The position numbers and the translations under genes are program-made. A model generated the notes under the pieces. It was not told the origin of the DNA, searched no databases, and saw only the letters and a list, made by a program, of their open reading frames with translations. This document shows positions 13,901 through 28,900 of a stretch of 64,000 nucleotides of DNA, one piece after another. The DNA comes from Lepidodermella squamata (lineage: Eukaryota; Animalia; Gastrotricha): NCBI GenBank assembly GCA_047495785.1, contig JBLDXI010000013.1:1798001-1862000 (forward strand). The letters run 5' to 3'. Every line of letters begins with the position of its first letter. Position 1 is the stretch's first letter.

Positions 13901-16900
13901 TCGGACAATCCGATGCGGCTGAACTTGGCCCAGTTACAGCCAAGCCGCCATTTGATGTCCCGAGCCCGCCGTTGAACCCGCGAGTACCTGTCGCCACAAA
14001 AACAACCGCTCATCTGGCGTGGGACGTGCCGAAATCAGACGGCGGCTCGCCGATCATCGGCTACCACATCGACCTGCGCCTACCATCAGCTGGTTTGAAG
14101 TGGTTCCGTGCTAATCGAAACGGCGTGCCTGTTGCTGAGTTGGAATTCGACTTGACTGGTCTGCAGCCCGACGGCGAATACGAGTACCGTATTATTGCCG
14201 AAAACGCGGCTGGCGAGTCTCTGCCATCCGAAGTCGGCACTTTCATCGCCCGGCCGCCTATTGAAGCTCTTCGCATTGTCAAGCCACTTGGCGATGTCGA
14301 AATTCAAGAAGGCGAGTCGACTCTGCTTGAAACTGAGACCAACCGACCTATCAATGGCACCGTAAAATGGGACAGAGACACTGTCGCCATCAGTTCGGTC
14401 GATTCTCGACTTCGCCAGGAGACAAGCTTCGATAAAAAGACCTTCAAGCTCGAAATCAATGATGCGAAACTGGGCGATAGCGGTAAATACTCAGTTCAAA
14501 TCGAAGATATTCGCGTTTCGGGCAACGTTCGCGTTGTTGAAGAGAAACTCGAGTTCATTCGACCCTGCAACACCGTGAAAATAACCGACTTCAAGAACGC
14601 AACTGCAACCTTCGAATGCGAGTTGAATAAGGCGAACAAGCAAACAACTTGGACGAAGGACGGCTCGCCGATCATCGAAACCAGCCGTGTTCGAACCGAA
14701 GTCGACGGCACTGTGCATCGTTTGATCATCAGTGAAGTCAAGCCTGAAGATGAAGGCAAGTACAAATGTGCGATCAAGGGTAAAACCACCGAGGGTCAGT
14801 TGGAAATCGAAGTCCCACCTACGATGACGATTGACAACAAATTCAAGGTGGTTAAAATCCGTGCGAATGCTGCGACTGTTTTCGAAATTCCCTTCTCGGC
14901 CTGGCCAGTTCCTGACATCAAGTGGCAGTACGGTAAAGACCGCAAGGCCTTGCCTGATAGCCAGCGCATGCAGGAGGAAACTATCAAGGGCATGTCTTGC
15001 CTGCGAATTCGTAAGGCCCAGCGTTCGGACTCGGGTATCTACAGTCTGACGGTTGCCAACAAGCACGGCTCACTTACCGCCGAGTTCCAGTTGATTGTTG
15101 TCGACAAGCCATCCGCGCCGGAAAATTTCCGTGCGACAGATATCTCCGCAACGTCCTGCACGCTCCACTGGGCCGTGCCGAAAGATGACGGCGGTTCTCC
15201 GATCACTGGTTACGTGGTTGAACGCCGGGAACCTACCCGCCGAAACTGGGCTCCGGCCGGCGAAAAATCAGCCGACGAGTTCCAGGCTAGTCAAACAGGC
15301 CTACTCGAGAAGAACGCCTACTGGTTCCAAGTTGCCGCTAAGAACGAGGTCGGCCAGGGAGAATTCGCCGAGATTGGGCCAATTGACATCAAAGACCAGA
15401 TCGATGTGCCTGGCAAGCCCGAACCTCCATTCGCCGGCGAGAGCAAGACCATCGCTATCAAGGTCTGCTACAAGCCGCCATCAAGCGATGGAGGGGCGCC
15501 TATTACAGGTTACCACCTCGAGCGCCGCCTGACCACCAGCAACCATTGGATGCGGGTTACCAAGGTGCCCATTTCCGGTCTTGAGTTCGAAGACAAGGAT
15601 GTAGTTGAAGATACTAGCTACATTTACCGAGTCGCAGCCGAAAATCGCGCTGGTCTCGGGCCATTCAGCGACCCGAGCCAGCCGATGACCGCGAAACTGC
15701 CGTTTGGTAAGCCGGGCAAGCCACGTAACCTCGAAATCGGCGAGACTGGCAAAGACTGGGCTGCCCTTAAATGGCAGGCCCCAGAATCGGACGGCGGCGA
15801 TGCTATCTTCAATTACGTGATTGAATATCGTATGAAAGGAGCGTCGCGTTGGGTCCGCGCAAATCGTAGCGATACTGTCTTATCACCCCTTGCTTACAAA
15901 GTTACGGGTCTTGATGACGGCTTCGAGTACGAATTCCGCGTCTCGGCTGAAAACCATGCCGGAGTCGGTGAACCTGCTGCTACTGAGCCGCGAATGATCA
16001 AGGCGAAACCGAGTGGCGAGCCTCCTAAACTCATTTCACCATTGCTGGAGATCGCTGCAACGGCCCCAGATAGCGCTATGCTAGACTGCGAAATTTCACC
16101 CGGCAAACCTGCCGCGGTTATCACCTGGTATAAGGACAACCGTGAACTGGGCGAAAACAAGCGAATTGTCGCTAGCTATTCGGAATCGATTGCGCAACTC
16201 AAGTTCCTTTCGACTGAGCCGCGAGACAGCGGTAAATACCGTTGTGTTGCGAAAAATCAGCACGGTCAGGTCGAAACGACTGGAACTTTTACCATCTGCG
16301 TACCGCCTAGCCTTGAATACGACAACAAACTGAAAAACATTGTTCGTGTCAAGACTGGCAACAACTTCACGATCACTGTGTTGGTTGCCGGAACGCCTAA
16401 TCCAGATGTTTGTTGGTATTTGAACAGCGATTTGTTCACGGCCCCGGCTCATGTTACAACTGAGCACCGTGACGGCGTTGCTAAACTGACTTTCAATCGC
16501 ATCCAGGCGAAAGATAGCTCTACCTACACCATCGAGGCTAAAAACCAGGTCGGCAAGGCGACGGCTGATTTCGTTCTGAAAGTCGTCGATAAGCCCAGCC
16601 CGCCTCAAAACTTCAGAGTGATTACAACTGGCAAGGAATTCATCGACCTGAAGTGGGATGTGCCGGAGTCTGACGGCGGTAGTGAAATCACTTCATACCT
16701 GATCGAACGCTGCGATGTTCGTCGCGGAGTTTGGGTTCGAGCTGGCGAGGTCGCTGCTTCAGCCCCGCGTGAATTGAAGGCTAAGGGCCTGACGGAGGGA
16801 ACTGACTACTACTTCCGAATTTCGGCTGAAAACGAAATCGGCCAATCAGAACCGACCTCTTTGGAGTCATCTGTCACCGCGAAAGACCCGTTCGACGTGC

Positions 16901-19900
16901 CAGGCCCACCGCGCAATGTCAAGGCATCTAACGCGACAAACTCCACTGCCGATTTGTCGTGGGATATTCCTGAGACCGATGGCGGCTCACCGATTATCGG
17001 CTATATTGTCGAGAAGCGTGAGACTGGCTCGTCGCGCTGGACCAAGGTCAGCAAAAATCTCATCAAAACAACTAAGATGACGATTTCTGACCTGAGCGAG
17101 GGTGACACCTACGAATTCCGTGTATTCGCCGAAAACGCGGCTGGAATTTCCAGGCCAAGCATGACTTCAAACCAGATCACCATCAAATCTGCGCCCAGTT
17201 TGACTTTCATAACTCCTCTTAGCGATGTTGAGGTCAAAGCTGGTGAGAAGGCTGTCTTTGAATGCCGGATTTCTGAGTCGAAGAAAGTAATCGCCAAGTG
17301 GTCTAAGGACGGCCTGCCTCTTCTTCCCGATAAACGATTGACATTCTCGGAGGAAGGCGGCAATATCCGACTTGAGATCGATCAAGCCTCCCTCTACGAC
17401 CAGGGTGTCTACTCGGTCCAAATCAACGACTTGAAGACCCAGGCTAAGCTGCGTGTTATCGAAGAGAAACTCGCGTTTATCAAGCCGCTGGAGGATCAAA
17501 CTGTCAATCAGCTGCCGAAGCAGGCGAAATTCACCTGTGAACTGAACAAGGCGAACGTCAAAGTCGAATGGACTGTTAACGGAAAGCCGTTGACTACGCT
17601 GAGCGACAAATTCAAGGCCGAAGTCGATGGTACTGTTCACACGTTGACTATCGATACGCAGGCTGATTTCGACGGCTCTGTGATTGCTTGCTCAGTACGT
17701 GAGCTGTCGACTAGCGCGAAGCTACACGTCCACTTGGCGCCGGCTTTCAAGGTCGATGAGAGCTTCAAGAAGGAAGTGACCATCAAGGCTGGATCGAACA
17801 CCACGTTCGAGCTCGGTATCACCGGCACTCCGGCGCCCAAGGTGAGCTGGCTATACGAGGGCAAGACGCTTCGTGAAGTCGGTCGTCGTATCCGTGAAGA
17901 TACGTCGAGGACCGCGACGACCCTCTACGTCAACCGGTCTGAGCGAACTGACAGCGGTCTTTACACTGTTAAGCTGGAGAATGAACATGGTAAGAGCCAG
18001 ATGGACATCAAGCTGAAGGTTATCGACAAGCCAAGCCCTCCTCAAAATCTTCGTGTCACCGAGATCTACGAAGATGGCGGTCTTGCAGTTTGGGACGAGC
18101 CGAAAGATGACGGCGGTCGTCCGATTATCGAGTATCTCGTCGAGTATCGCGAGGCTGTTCGCCGCAATTGGATCTCAGCTGGTCGGTCATCGGAGCGGAA
18201 ACTCAAGATAACCGGACTTACGGAAGGGCAGAACTATTTCCTGCAGGTCTCGGCTATCAACGAGGTCGGTCAAAGTGAGCCAGCGGAGATGTCCCAGCCA
18301 TTCACGCCCAAGTCTGGCGCAACTGTGCCGGGCGCTCCTTCGAAGCCTGAAGTTTCCGATATTCAGAAAAATTCGTGCAAATTGACCTGGAAAGCCCCCG
18401 AACATGATGGCGGGTCGCCAATTACCGGCTACATCATCGAGCGCCGAACTGGTTCCTTCTGGGTTAAGGCCGCCACTGTATCAGGTGCCGGCACTTTAAC
18501 CGCTAATATCAGCGAATTAATCGAAGGCCAGACTTACGAGTTCCGCGTTGCCGCGATCAACAAGATCGGACAAGGCCTGTTCAGCGAGCCGTCTGACCCG
18601 GCAACCCCGAAAAACCCGTTCGATGTACCCGGCAAAGTTCGAGATCTGCGAGTGGGAAAAGTCAGCAAAAAGACGGTCGAATTGCTGTGGAAGACGCCGG
18701 AATCAGACGGCGGCTCGCCTATCACCAGCTATTTGATCGAACATCATGGTAAGGGAATGAGCCGTTGGACTCGCGCCAATCGCGATGAGAAGGTCATGTC
18801 GCTGAGTTACATCGTTACGCAGTTGGATGAAGACCTCGAGTACGAATTCCAGGTCGCGGCGGAGAACGCTTGCGGCGCTGGACCGTTCTCGCAGACCGAG
18901 CCGATTGCTCCTCGTGACAAGGTCGCTCTTGTACCACCGTCAATCACCCGCCAACTGAAGGAGGTAATTACTGCGTTGGGATCACCGGCTACCCTGGACT
19001 GCCAGGTCGACTTGGGCCAACCTGCTGCTGAAATCACCTGGTACAAGGGAGCTCGCGAAATCTACGCGAAGACTCAAGGTTTCACGACTACCTTGGTCGG
19101 AAACGTCGCGTCACTCCGCATTTTGAGTGCTCGCGAAACGGACTATGGTGACTATTCATGCGAGTTGGCGAACGCAGCTGGTCGCGCTAAAACTACCGGC
19201 AAGTTTTCCCAACTCACACCGCCACGTTTGGAATACGACAGGCGGTTCCGCGAGCGTCAGGTGCTCAAGATGGGCGGCAAGCTGCAGATCAACGTCGATG
19301 TTACTGGTTATCCTGTTCCTGAGATCGTCTGGTCGCTGAATGGTCGTCCGTTCGAGCCGGTCGCTGGCAAGGCTGAGGTTCGTACTGGTAACGACTTCAC
19401 GAGCCTGATTTTCGACGAAGCTGAAGCTGGTCATTCTGGAACTTACACCGTTGTCGCCACAAACATTGGCGGCTCTGCTTCGGCCAAGTTCGAGGTCGCT
19501 GTTTGCGACAGACCGTCAAAGCCGCGCAATGTCAAGGTCACCGAGGTGTCTCCAGACGCAATCTCGTTGCAATGGGACGCTCCGGAAAGCGACGGTGGCT
19601 CAGAGCTCACCAAGTACATTGTCGAGAAGAAAGACACATCCAAGACATTGTGGGTCGATGGTGGCTCAACAGAAGGCAATATTCGCAAGATCACAGTCCG
19701 CAAGTTGACCGAGGGAACTGAATACTCGTTCCGCGTTATTGCTGAAAACGCTGTTGGCCAATCGGAGCCGGGAGAAATCGAAAAACCAGTTGTTGCGAAG
19801 AAACCATTCGGTAATTAGTAGCATAATTTTGTTAAAAATTGTTAATTTTTTTGTTTATTTCAGATCCTCCTAGCCCACCACGAAACGTTCAAGCGACTGC

Positions 19901-22900
19901 TATCGATAAGACTTGGGTTGATCTCAAGTGGCAAGTTCCATCAAGCGACGGCGGTAGCCCAATCCGCGGCTACTTTGTCGAGTACCGGCTTGCTGGTTCT
20001 CGCGAATGGGTTCGCGCTAACCGCACCCGCGTCAAGTCGCTCGAGTTGACTGTCACCGATCTGAAGGAGGGCGGTGATTACGAGTTCCAGGTGTTTGCTG
20101 AAAACGACGCTGGTCTATCGAAGCCCAGCGCAACCCTTGGCCCGCTCACTGTCCGCTCAGCCAAGTCGTTCGACATCATTCGACCCCTTCAGGATGTCGA
20201 GGTGAAAGAAGGCGAGAATGGCAAGTTCGAGTTCCAAATCTCGAACCCAGCACTAACTGTTAGGTGGGAACGTGATGGTCGCGGTTTAATTTCCGACGGT
20301 GTCCGCTATGACGCTGCGTCGTCAAGCGGCACTCATTCGTTGACCATTATGAAGTGCCGTCGCGAAGATATCGGTGCCTACGTCGCTGTAGTCGGCGATC
20401 GACGTCTTCAGGCCATGTTAAATGTGGTCGAAGAGCCGATTCGCTTCATCGAACCGCTGACTGATAAGAAGCTGGACCGCGTCGGTGGCGAGGTCACGTT
20501 TGAATGCGCTACCAACAAGCCTGTTCGCGACGTTGTCTGGTACCACAACGGCAAAATCGCTGTTTCGGATCGCAAATATTCCGCCTCATCTGACGCGACT
20601 CGACACCGATTTACGATCAAGAATGTTGACGACCGGGACGTTGGATCGATAACTTGCGAGGTCAAAGGCGCGTCGACTTCTTCGAACCTTGCGATCACCG
20701 CTGCGCCAAAGATCTTCTTGCGTGAAGACTGGAAGGACACTATGACCTTGCCTGCTGGTTCCTCGGCTGTCATTGAAATCACGTATTCAGGCAGCCCGCT
20801 TCCATCGGTAACTTGGACGCAAAACTCGCGGTCACTGCAGGAGAATCGCCGCCTTAAGGTGGAGACAATCTACGGCATGACTTGCGTGCGCATGAGCCGT
20901 GTCCAACGCGAAGACTCGAGTCAACTCGCCTGCAATTTCGCGAACGAATTCGGCACGTCTGATGTATCGGTGAAGCTGATTGTTCTCGACAAACCGAGCC
21001 CGCCGCGTAACCTCAAGGTGACTGGTGTGTCGAAAAACCAGGTACAACTGCGCTGGGACATGCCTACCGACAATGGCGGTAGTGAAATCACGCATTATTT
21101 GGTCGAGCGGCGTGAAGTAAGCCGGACAAAGTGGGACAGGTGCGGGGATATTCAAGACCTGGACTACGTCGACCGCACTGTTGTCGAAAATGCCAAGTAC
21201 GTCTACCGTGTATCAGCGGTTAATAAGACCGGCACAAGCGAGCCGGTCGAAATGACGACGCCTGTTCACGTCAAATCGCAATTCAGCCCGCCGGATGCTC
21301 CTGGGAAACCAGTTATTTTTGACATCTCGGCCGATCGCGCTAATGCCAGGTGGACGGCGCCGTTGAATGACGGTGGTGCCCCGATTTCTGGGTACATTGT
21401 CGAACGACGACAGGTCGGTAAGCCGAACTGGATTAAGGCGGTTCGCGACAACGTCGCCGGCCTCGAATCTGCCCTGGCTGATTTGATCGAAGGCTTCGAC
21501 TATGAAGTCAGAGTTACCGCTGTTAATGAGGCCGGACCCGGCGCACCATCTCTGCCATCTGACCCATTCACCGCGAAGAACCCGTGGGACAAACCTGGCC
21601 CGCCTCGGAACCTGAAGGTGACCAAAGTTGGCCCTCGGACTGCGACAATTTCCTACCAAGAGCCGTCAAATGACGGTGGCTCGCCGATCAAGGGTTACGT
21701 AGTTGAGTACAAGCTCAGCGAAGGCTTCAAATGGGAACGGTCCGCTGATCACGTCAGTGGCTTTAGCCATGAAGTCATCGGTCTGGAAGAAGGCCTCGAC
21801 TACGAAATTCGCGTCGCTGCCGAAAACGCGGCTGGTATCGGCCAGTTTGCCACGACTGATACTCCTATCAAAATTCCGAGCCGTGAACAGGCTATTGCCC
21901 CTTCAATCGACCGGCCATTGAAAGATGCGGTCGTTTTGTTGGGCAATGCCCTCACCCTCGAGGCGGAAATCAATCTTGGAAAGCCGGTCGCAACAGTCAG
22001 GTGGTATAAGGGCGCCAAGGAGATCTACGCGAACAACTCATCGTTCCAGATGTCGCTGTCCAACGACGGCTCCGCCCGGTTGAAGCTGGTTAATCCAGAT
22101 ATCAACTCGGCTGGTAAGTACCGGGTCGAGGCGTCAAACACGGCCGGTATCGCCGAAAGTCAGTGCAACGTCGCTGTTCACGCTCCTCCAACTCTGGAAT
22201 TCGATCAAAGCTATAAGTCGCTGCAGGACTTCAAAGTCGGCTCGACCCTCTGCTTGAGTGTGACCGTCCAAGGTGTCCCAACCCCGACCACCAGTTGGGA
22301 ACTGAACCGCCGCCCGCTTGTTACCGGCGACGGTGTTCAGATTCAAAGTGGCGATAACTTCACCACGCTGACAGTTCGTAATATGTCGAATAGGTTCACG
22401 AATGGCCAACTTAGCGTTCGCGCTGTGAATAGCGTCGGCGAGGCGTCGGAATTATTCCCGATCAACGTTATCGACAAGCCATCGCCTCCTCAACAGACCA
22501 AAATCGTATCGGTCGACCGTGAAGCTGTCAAGTTATCATGGCGCGCGCCTGAAACTGACGGCGGATCACCGGTTACCGGGTACGTGATGGAGTACCGTGA
22601 CGTCACCCGACCGGTCTGGTTGACAGCCGGCAAATACAAGGCCGATGTCACACAGGCGGAAATCAGCCGTTTGTCCGAAAATTCGACGTATATCTTCAGA
22701 ATTTTCGCCGAAAACGCTATTGGCCAGTCCGAGGCGGCCGAGTTCCCAGAACCGGTTACTACCCGCCCGACCGGCGACCCGCCTGGCCCGCCGAAAAACG
22801 TTCACGCCACCGTGTTATCGCGAACATCGGCTAAATTGACCTGGTCTTCGCCTGATTCGGATGGCGGATCTCCAATCACAGCTTATATCATCGAGCAAAA

Positions 22901-25900
22901 CGTCAACTCATCGTCGCGCTGGACCGTAGCTCAACGCGTTGGGGCTAAAATCCACTCGGTAGATCTGTTCAACTTCTCCGAGCGATCTCGCGTCGAGTTC
23001 CGCGTCAAAGCGATGAACGATATCGGCGAAAGCAAGCCAGCCTACGCCGAGGAGGGTACTATCGAACTGGCCGATGAGTCGGACAAGTTCGATGTGACCA
23101 AGGCGATGAGCGACGTCACGGTCGAGGAGGGCGAAAATGCCGCGTTTGAGATTCAAATTTCAAAGAACATCTCGTCAGCTCGATGGGAGAGCAGCGGTAT
23201 CTCAGTAACCAGCGATGATTTACGCAGAATCGCTAGCCATGATGGAAATAAACACCGGCTGGAAATTCGAGGTGCGAAGATGTCAGATGCTGGCCTGTAT
23301 GGCGTGACTATCGGCAGTCGCCGCTTCACCGCCAATCTCAAAGTGGTGGAGAAGCAGCTGTTGTTTATCCGCCCGCTCAAAGATTTGACTCTGAACAACG
23401 TTCCGCGCGAAATCGTGCTGGAATGCGAGGCGAACATCGCTGGACTAGAGCCAGTGTGGCGTCGAAATGGCAAGGTGTTGTCAACTGATAGCCGTTCTGG
23501 TAAATTCCAGGCTGAATCTGAAGGCGGTGTTTACCGGTTGAAGATCAACAACGTATCGGAAGCTGAAGATGGCGGCGACTACGAGATTTCGTTGAAAAAC
23601 CGATCGTGCAAAGCCACTGTCAGCTTTGAAGTCGCGCCTGAGTTGCAATTTGACGAGAAATTCGCCAAAGAGCTGACTCTCGTTGCCGGCAGCACCCATA
23701 TTGCCGAGATTCGGTACAAAGCCTGGCCTCAGGCTAAGGTAACCTGGAACTTTGGCGGCAATGACCTTAAAGGACCGCGCCAACGTTCAGAAACCATTCA
23801 TGGCATGACTTGCCTAACTTTGAACCGCGTTTTGTTGGCTGATGGTGGCAAGTACTACCTGACCATCTCAAACCGACTCGGCGATGCTAAGTTGACGCTT
23901 ACTGTCAACGTTGTCGACAAACCGGGTCCGCCGCAGGATATCAATGTGAAGTTGGTTTCCGCCAATTCCCTCCAGGTTTCCTGGCGGCCGCCAGCAGTTG
24001 ACGGCGGGGCTCGTATTGACGGCTACGTCGTCGAACAACGCGCTGTTGGTCAGCGTAATTGGTCGCATGTCGCTGACTGTGACGCCGATCACCTGAGCGT
24101 TCTAGTCAAAGATTTGCTACCCGACCAGCACTACGTCTTCCAGATCGCTGCTCGCAACAAGTACGGAGTCGGTGAACCAGCTGCGATGGAGTCGCCCATC
24201 AAACCGGCGTATCCGTTCAAGCCGCCTGGTGTTCCGGATAAACCAACTGTCAGTGAAATTACGGGCGAGAAGTGCCTGGTTTCATGGCGTCCACCGATTG
24301 ATGACGGCGGCTCCCCAGTCACCGGTTACGTCCTCGAGCGCCGTGTTTACCCGGCCGGCTTCTGGGCCCGAGTTCAGACCCGCGAAGTCATCAACTCGAC
24401 ATCATACCAAATCACCGACCTAACTGAGGGCCGCAGCTACGAATTCCGAGTGGCGGCTGAGAATCTGGCTGGAACTGGTCAGTTCAGTCTCCCGTCTGAT
24501 TCGATCTTAGCTAAGAACCCGTGGAACGTCCCGGGCAAGGTTCTCGATCTCAAGGTTGGCGATGTCACTCAAACATCAGCTCATCTAACCTGGCGAAAGC
24601 CGACCAGCGACGGTGGCTCGCCGATCACTCACTACGTGATCGAGTCGAAGCCTGTCATTGCTATCCGCTGGAACGCTGAGCAGAGTGACAAGCCGGAATT
24701 TACCGTCCATAACTTGGACGCTGAGCTGGAATACGAATTCCGCGTTTCCGCCGCAAACCGAGCTGGTCAGGGTGAGCCGACTAATGTCGACCAACCTGTC
24801 AAGACTCTGCCCCGGCAAACAGGTCGGAAGCCTGAAATTATTCGGCCGTTGAAATCAGTTGTCTGCTCCCTCGGCTCGGCCGCTACCTTCCAAGTCGAGT
24901 ATGAAGGCGGTGAGCCTGAGGGTCAGGTGACATGGCACCGGGACATGCGCGAGATCAAACCACGCCCGGGCAAGTACGAAATCACTGGCCGGTCTCAATT
25001 GAAGATCCTCGCCCTGGAACAAACCGATATCGGTAACTACACCTTCGAATGCCGAAATCGAGCTGGTGCTGCGGAAACAACCGCGACTTTGTCGTTGACT
25101 CAAGCGCCTGTTATCGACTACGACGCTAAGTTGGATAAACCTATGCTGTTCAAGGTTGGTTTGGGCCTGGTTTTGCCGGTCAATATCACCGCGCAACCGC
25201 CGGCTCAAGTTCGCTGGCTGATCAATGGCCGCGAGTTGGCGTCAGCCGACCGTGTCCACATCGAATCCGGCGACTCGTACAGCGTTCTGTCCATGAAGCC
25301 ATTGGAAATGCGCGACTCTGGGAAGATTTCGATTCGTGCGACCAACATCGCTGGTGAAGCTGAGGCCTCGTTTGCATTGACTGTTGTCGACAAGCCTAAG
25401 CCAGTCCAAGCCCTCAAGGCTCAGGACAGAACTAGCGATGCGATAACTCTCACCTGGCGGGCTCCTGATTTCGACGGCGGCTCGCCTTTGACGTCCTACG
25501 TTATCGAAAAGCGCGAGGTCAGCCGACCAGTCTGGCTGGTTGCCGGCACTGTCCCGGCTAGCGTCACTTCATTCTGCGCTGATAAACTCATGCATGGCAC
25601 TTACGCCTTCCGCGTTTTTGCTGAGAATGAAATTGGCGCGAGTGAGAGTGCCGAAATCGGGCCCGTCGACCTGGCACCTGAGGCCGAACCGCCATCAGCC
25701 CCGCGCAATGTGGAAGCAATCGACGTGAACAAGAACTCGGTCACTTTGAAATGGGACCCGCCATCAAACGACGGCGGCGCTCCGTTGATCGACTACATCG
25801 TCGAACGCCGGCCGCCTTTCACCTCAAAGTGGGTGCATGCGGGCAAGGTTACCGCTAAGAACACCACCCTTACAATTGGTAACTTGACTGAAGGCCAGGA

Positions 25901-28900
25901 GTTCGATTTCCGTGTCCTTGCGACTAACTCAGCCGGGGTTGGTAAGCCCTCTGAAACAACGGGGGCGATCAGAACTGGCAAGCGAGTTCCGAAGTTCAAG
26001 ATCAACCGCCAGTTGTCGAACGTCGAATGCCCGGAGAATGAGGACGCTGTTTTCGTTCTCAATCTCTCCCTGCCCGATCTACCAGTTATCTGGCAGAAGG
26101 ATGGCGTTCCAATCGCCAGCCTTGGCTCGCGATTTGCAGCAACCGCCGATGGCTCAGCGTACAAGCTTACCATCTCAAAGTGTCAAAAATCGGATGCTGG
26201 CTTCTACACGGCAATTATTGGCGATCAACGAGTTTCGGCTAGTTTGGTCGTTGTTGACACAAAGACCGAATTCATCCGACCGCTCAAGGACATCGTTGTC
26301 CACCAGCTACCGTGCGGTAGTGTGATGTTCGAGGCTGAACTATCGCAGCCGAATGTTCAAGTTGAGTGGCTGAAGAATGGCATGGCGCTACCAGACACGG
26401 CCCGGTACAGCATCGACGCCTCTGGTTGCATCCACACGCTTACTATTCGCGATTTGACGGAAGATGACGTTGGAACTTACTCAATCTCTGCTCGAAACCG
26501 CACTTCCCGCGCTAATCTGTCGATCGATGTCAAGCCGCAGTTGTTATCAACCAGCGACAAGCACGTTGTTGACTCTTTGACCGTTAAGGCGGGTACTAGC
26601 TGCGTCATCGAAGTGCCCTACATGGCTTGCCCGATCCCAGACGACATCCGCTGGACGTTCAACGGCAGCAGCGCATCTGCGATTTCGAATTTGCGTGAGG
26701 AGTCGATTCGCCGCCTGACTTGCTTGACCATCATGCGAGCCCAGTTGTCGAACAGCGGTAGGTATTCGGTGAAAATCGCCAACGTCCACGGCTCGTTGAA
26801 GCATGACGTCAATGTCACGGTCATCGACAAGCCCGGCGTGCCGGAGCGTTTGAACGCAGCGCCACTGACCCCGCAGTCGATTGCGCTGTCTTGGGCGACG
26901 CCACTTCACGACGGCGGATCGCCAATCACGCATTACGTCATCGAAATGCGCGAGCAGTCTCGCCGCTCGTGGACTAGAGTTGGTGAAAGTGACACGACCC
27001 GTTTCGAAGTTACTGGTTTGGTCACCGGAACATCTTACTCGTTCCAGGTATCAGCTGTGAATCGCATCGGCCAGGGTGATGGTGCTGAGACTGACAAACC
27101 AATCCAGCCTCGTTACACCTTCGACCCACCTGGCCCGGTTGTTGGCTTCAATGCCGTTCAATCGACCGAGACCAGTATCAAATTGACGTGGCGTCATCCA
27201 AATTCAGATGGCGGCTCACCTGTTCAAGGTTACATCATCGAACGTAGACAGGTTCCGTCGTCTCAATGGACCCGCGTTAATGTTGACCTAGTTACGGACA
27301 TCAGCTACGATGTTAACAACTTGGTCGAAGGCCGGTCTTACGAGTTCCGCGTCGCTGCTCAGAACTTGGCTGGTGCCGGTCCCTGGTCACCTCGTATGGA
27401 CCCGATTTTGATGAAGAGCCTAGCTAAGTTACCAGGAACACCCCGCCGCGTTAGGGCGGAAGAAACTGGCCCGCGCCAGGTCGCTGTTATCTGGGAGGCG
27501 CCGCTGAATGACGGCGGTTCTGCGATCACCAACTACCTGGTCCAATATCGAACCAAGAACGACATCAGATGGCTGTCATTCGACGACTACGTCACCGAGA
27601 ACCGGTATCTGGCTCGTCATCTCGACGTAGACGCTGATTATCAGTTCCGCATCGCGGCAGTCAACCGTATCGGTGCTGGTGATTACAGCGAAGCTTCTGA
27701 GTTTGTCCACGTTTCTAGCCAAAACGTTGTCACGGGCATCGCTCCTCGCATTATCGAAAATCTTAAGGACGTAACAGCTCAACCTGGAACTACAGCTACC
27801 CTGTCGGCACAGGTTGATCTCGGAAATCCTAGGGGAGAATGTCGCTGGATGCGCAATGGTCGCTCGCTTATTTCCGGGGACGGTAAATTTTCCGCCTCGG
27901 TCGAAGGAAATCGGGCTCAGTTGCGTATTCTGAACGTGAATCCGAATGACGCGGCTGCTTACAGCCTTGAAGTCAGCAACTCGGCTGGTTACGAAACATC
28001 AACCGCCAAGCTGAACGTTGTTTTCGCGCCGAAGATCGAAATCGACCGAGCGTCAGATCGCGCTCTTATCGTTAAGGCGGGTCACACAATCATCTTACAA
28101 GCAAATTTCGCTGGCTTGCCCCAGCCTAACGTTATTTGGTCGTTCGATGGCCGTCGTATTTTCGACTCGAACAATATTCAACTCGAATCTGGCTCGACTT
28201 ACTGCCAGCTTGTTGTTCGTAATTGTAAACTCAGCGATACTGGGTCTTACGAACTTACCGTCGAAAACGAACTCGGCAGCGATACGACTCGTTTCGCCGT
28301 GACAGTTGTCGACAAGCCATCGGCGCCTCGTGACATCAAGGTGACTGAGGTCGGACCTGACTTCGCGAAACTTACCTGGCAATCACCTGAGGATGACGGA
28401 AACTCGCCGATCACTCGTTATGTTATCGAGCGTTGCGACGCCTCGAAAATGCATTGGGTGAACGCCGGGCAGTTGAAGGCCACCTCAACATCGGCATTCC
28501 ACGAATTTAAGGTGGAGAGCTTGGTTGAAGGCCGCGAGTATTTCTTCCGCGTTTTCGCTGAAAATGAGCAGGGCTGCAGCCCACCGGCGACCATCGAGGG
28601 GGCTGTTCTCGCGAAATTCGCCTGCGAACCGCCTGGTCTGCCTCAGGACTTCACCTGCACCGATGTTGGTCGCAATTTCGTCAAACTGACGTGGCGTGCC
28701 CCGACTAGCGATGGCGGCAGCAAGATTCTCGGATACATCGTTGAAAAGCGTCTTCAGACCTCCTACGTCTGGACTCGTGCTCATGAGACGGAGACCATCT
28801 CAGAGCGCGAACTCACCGTCCGAAACTTGCTGCAAGATTCGCTGTACGATTTCCGCATTGCTGCAGTTAACAAAGCTGGTCAGGGTCGTTTCGCCGCATT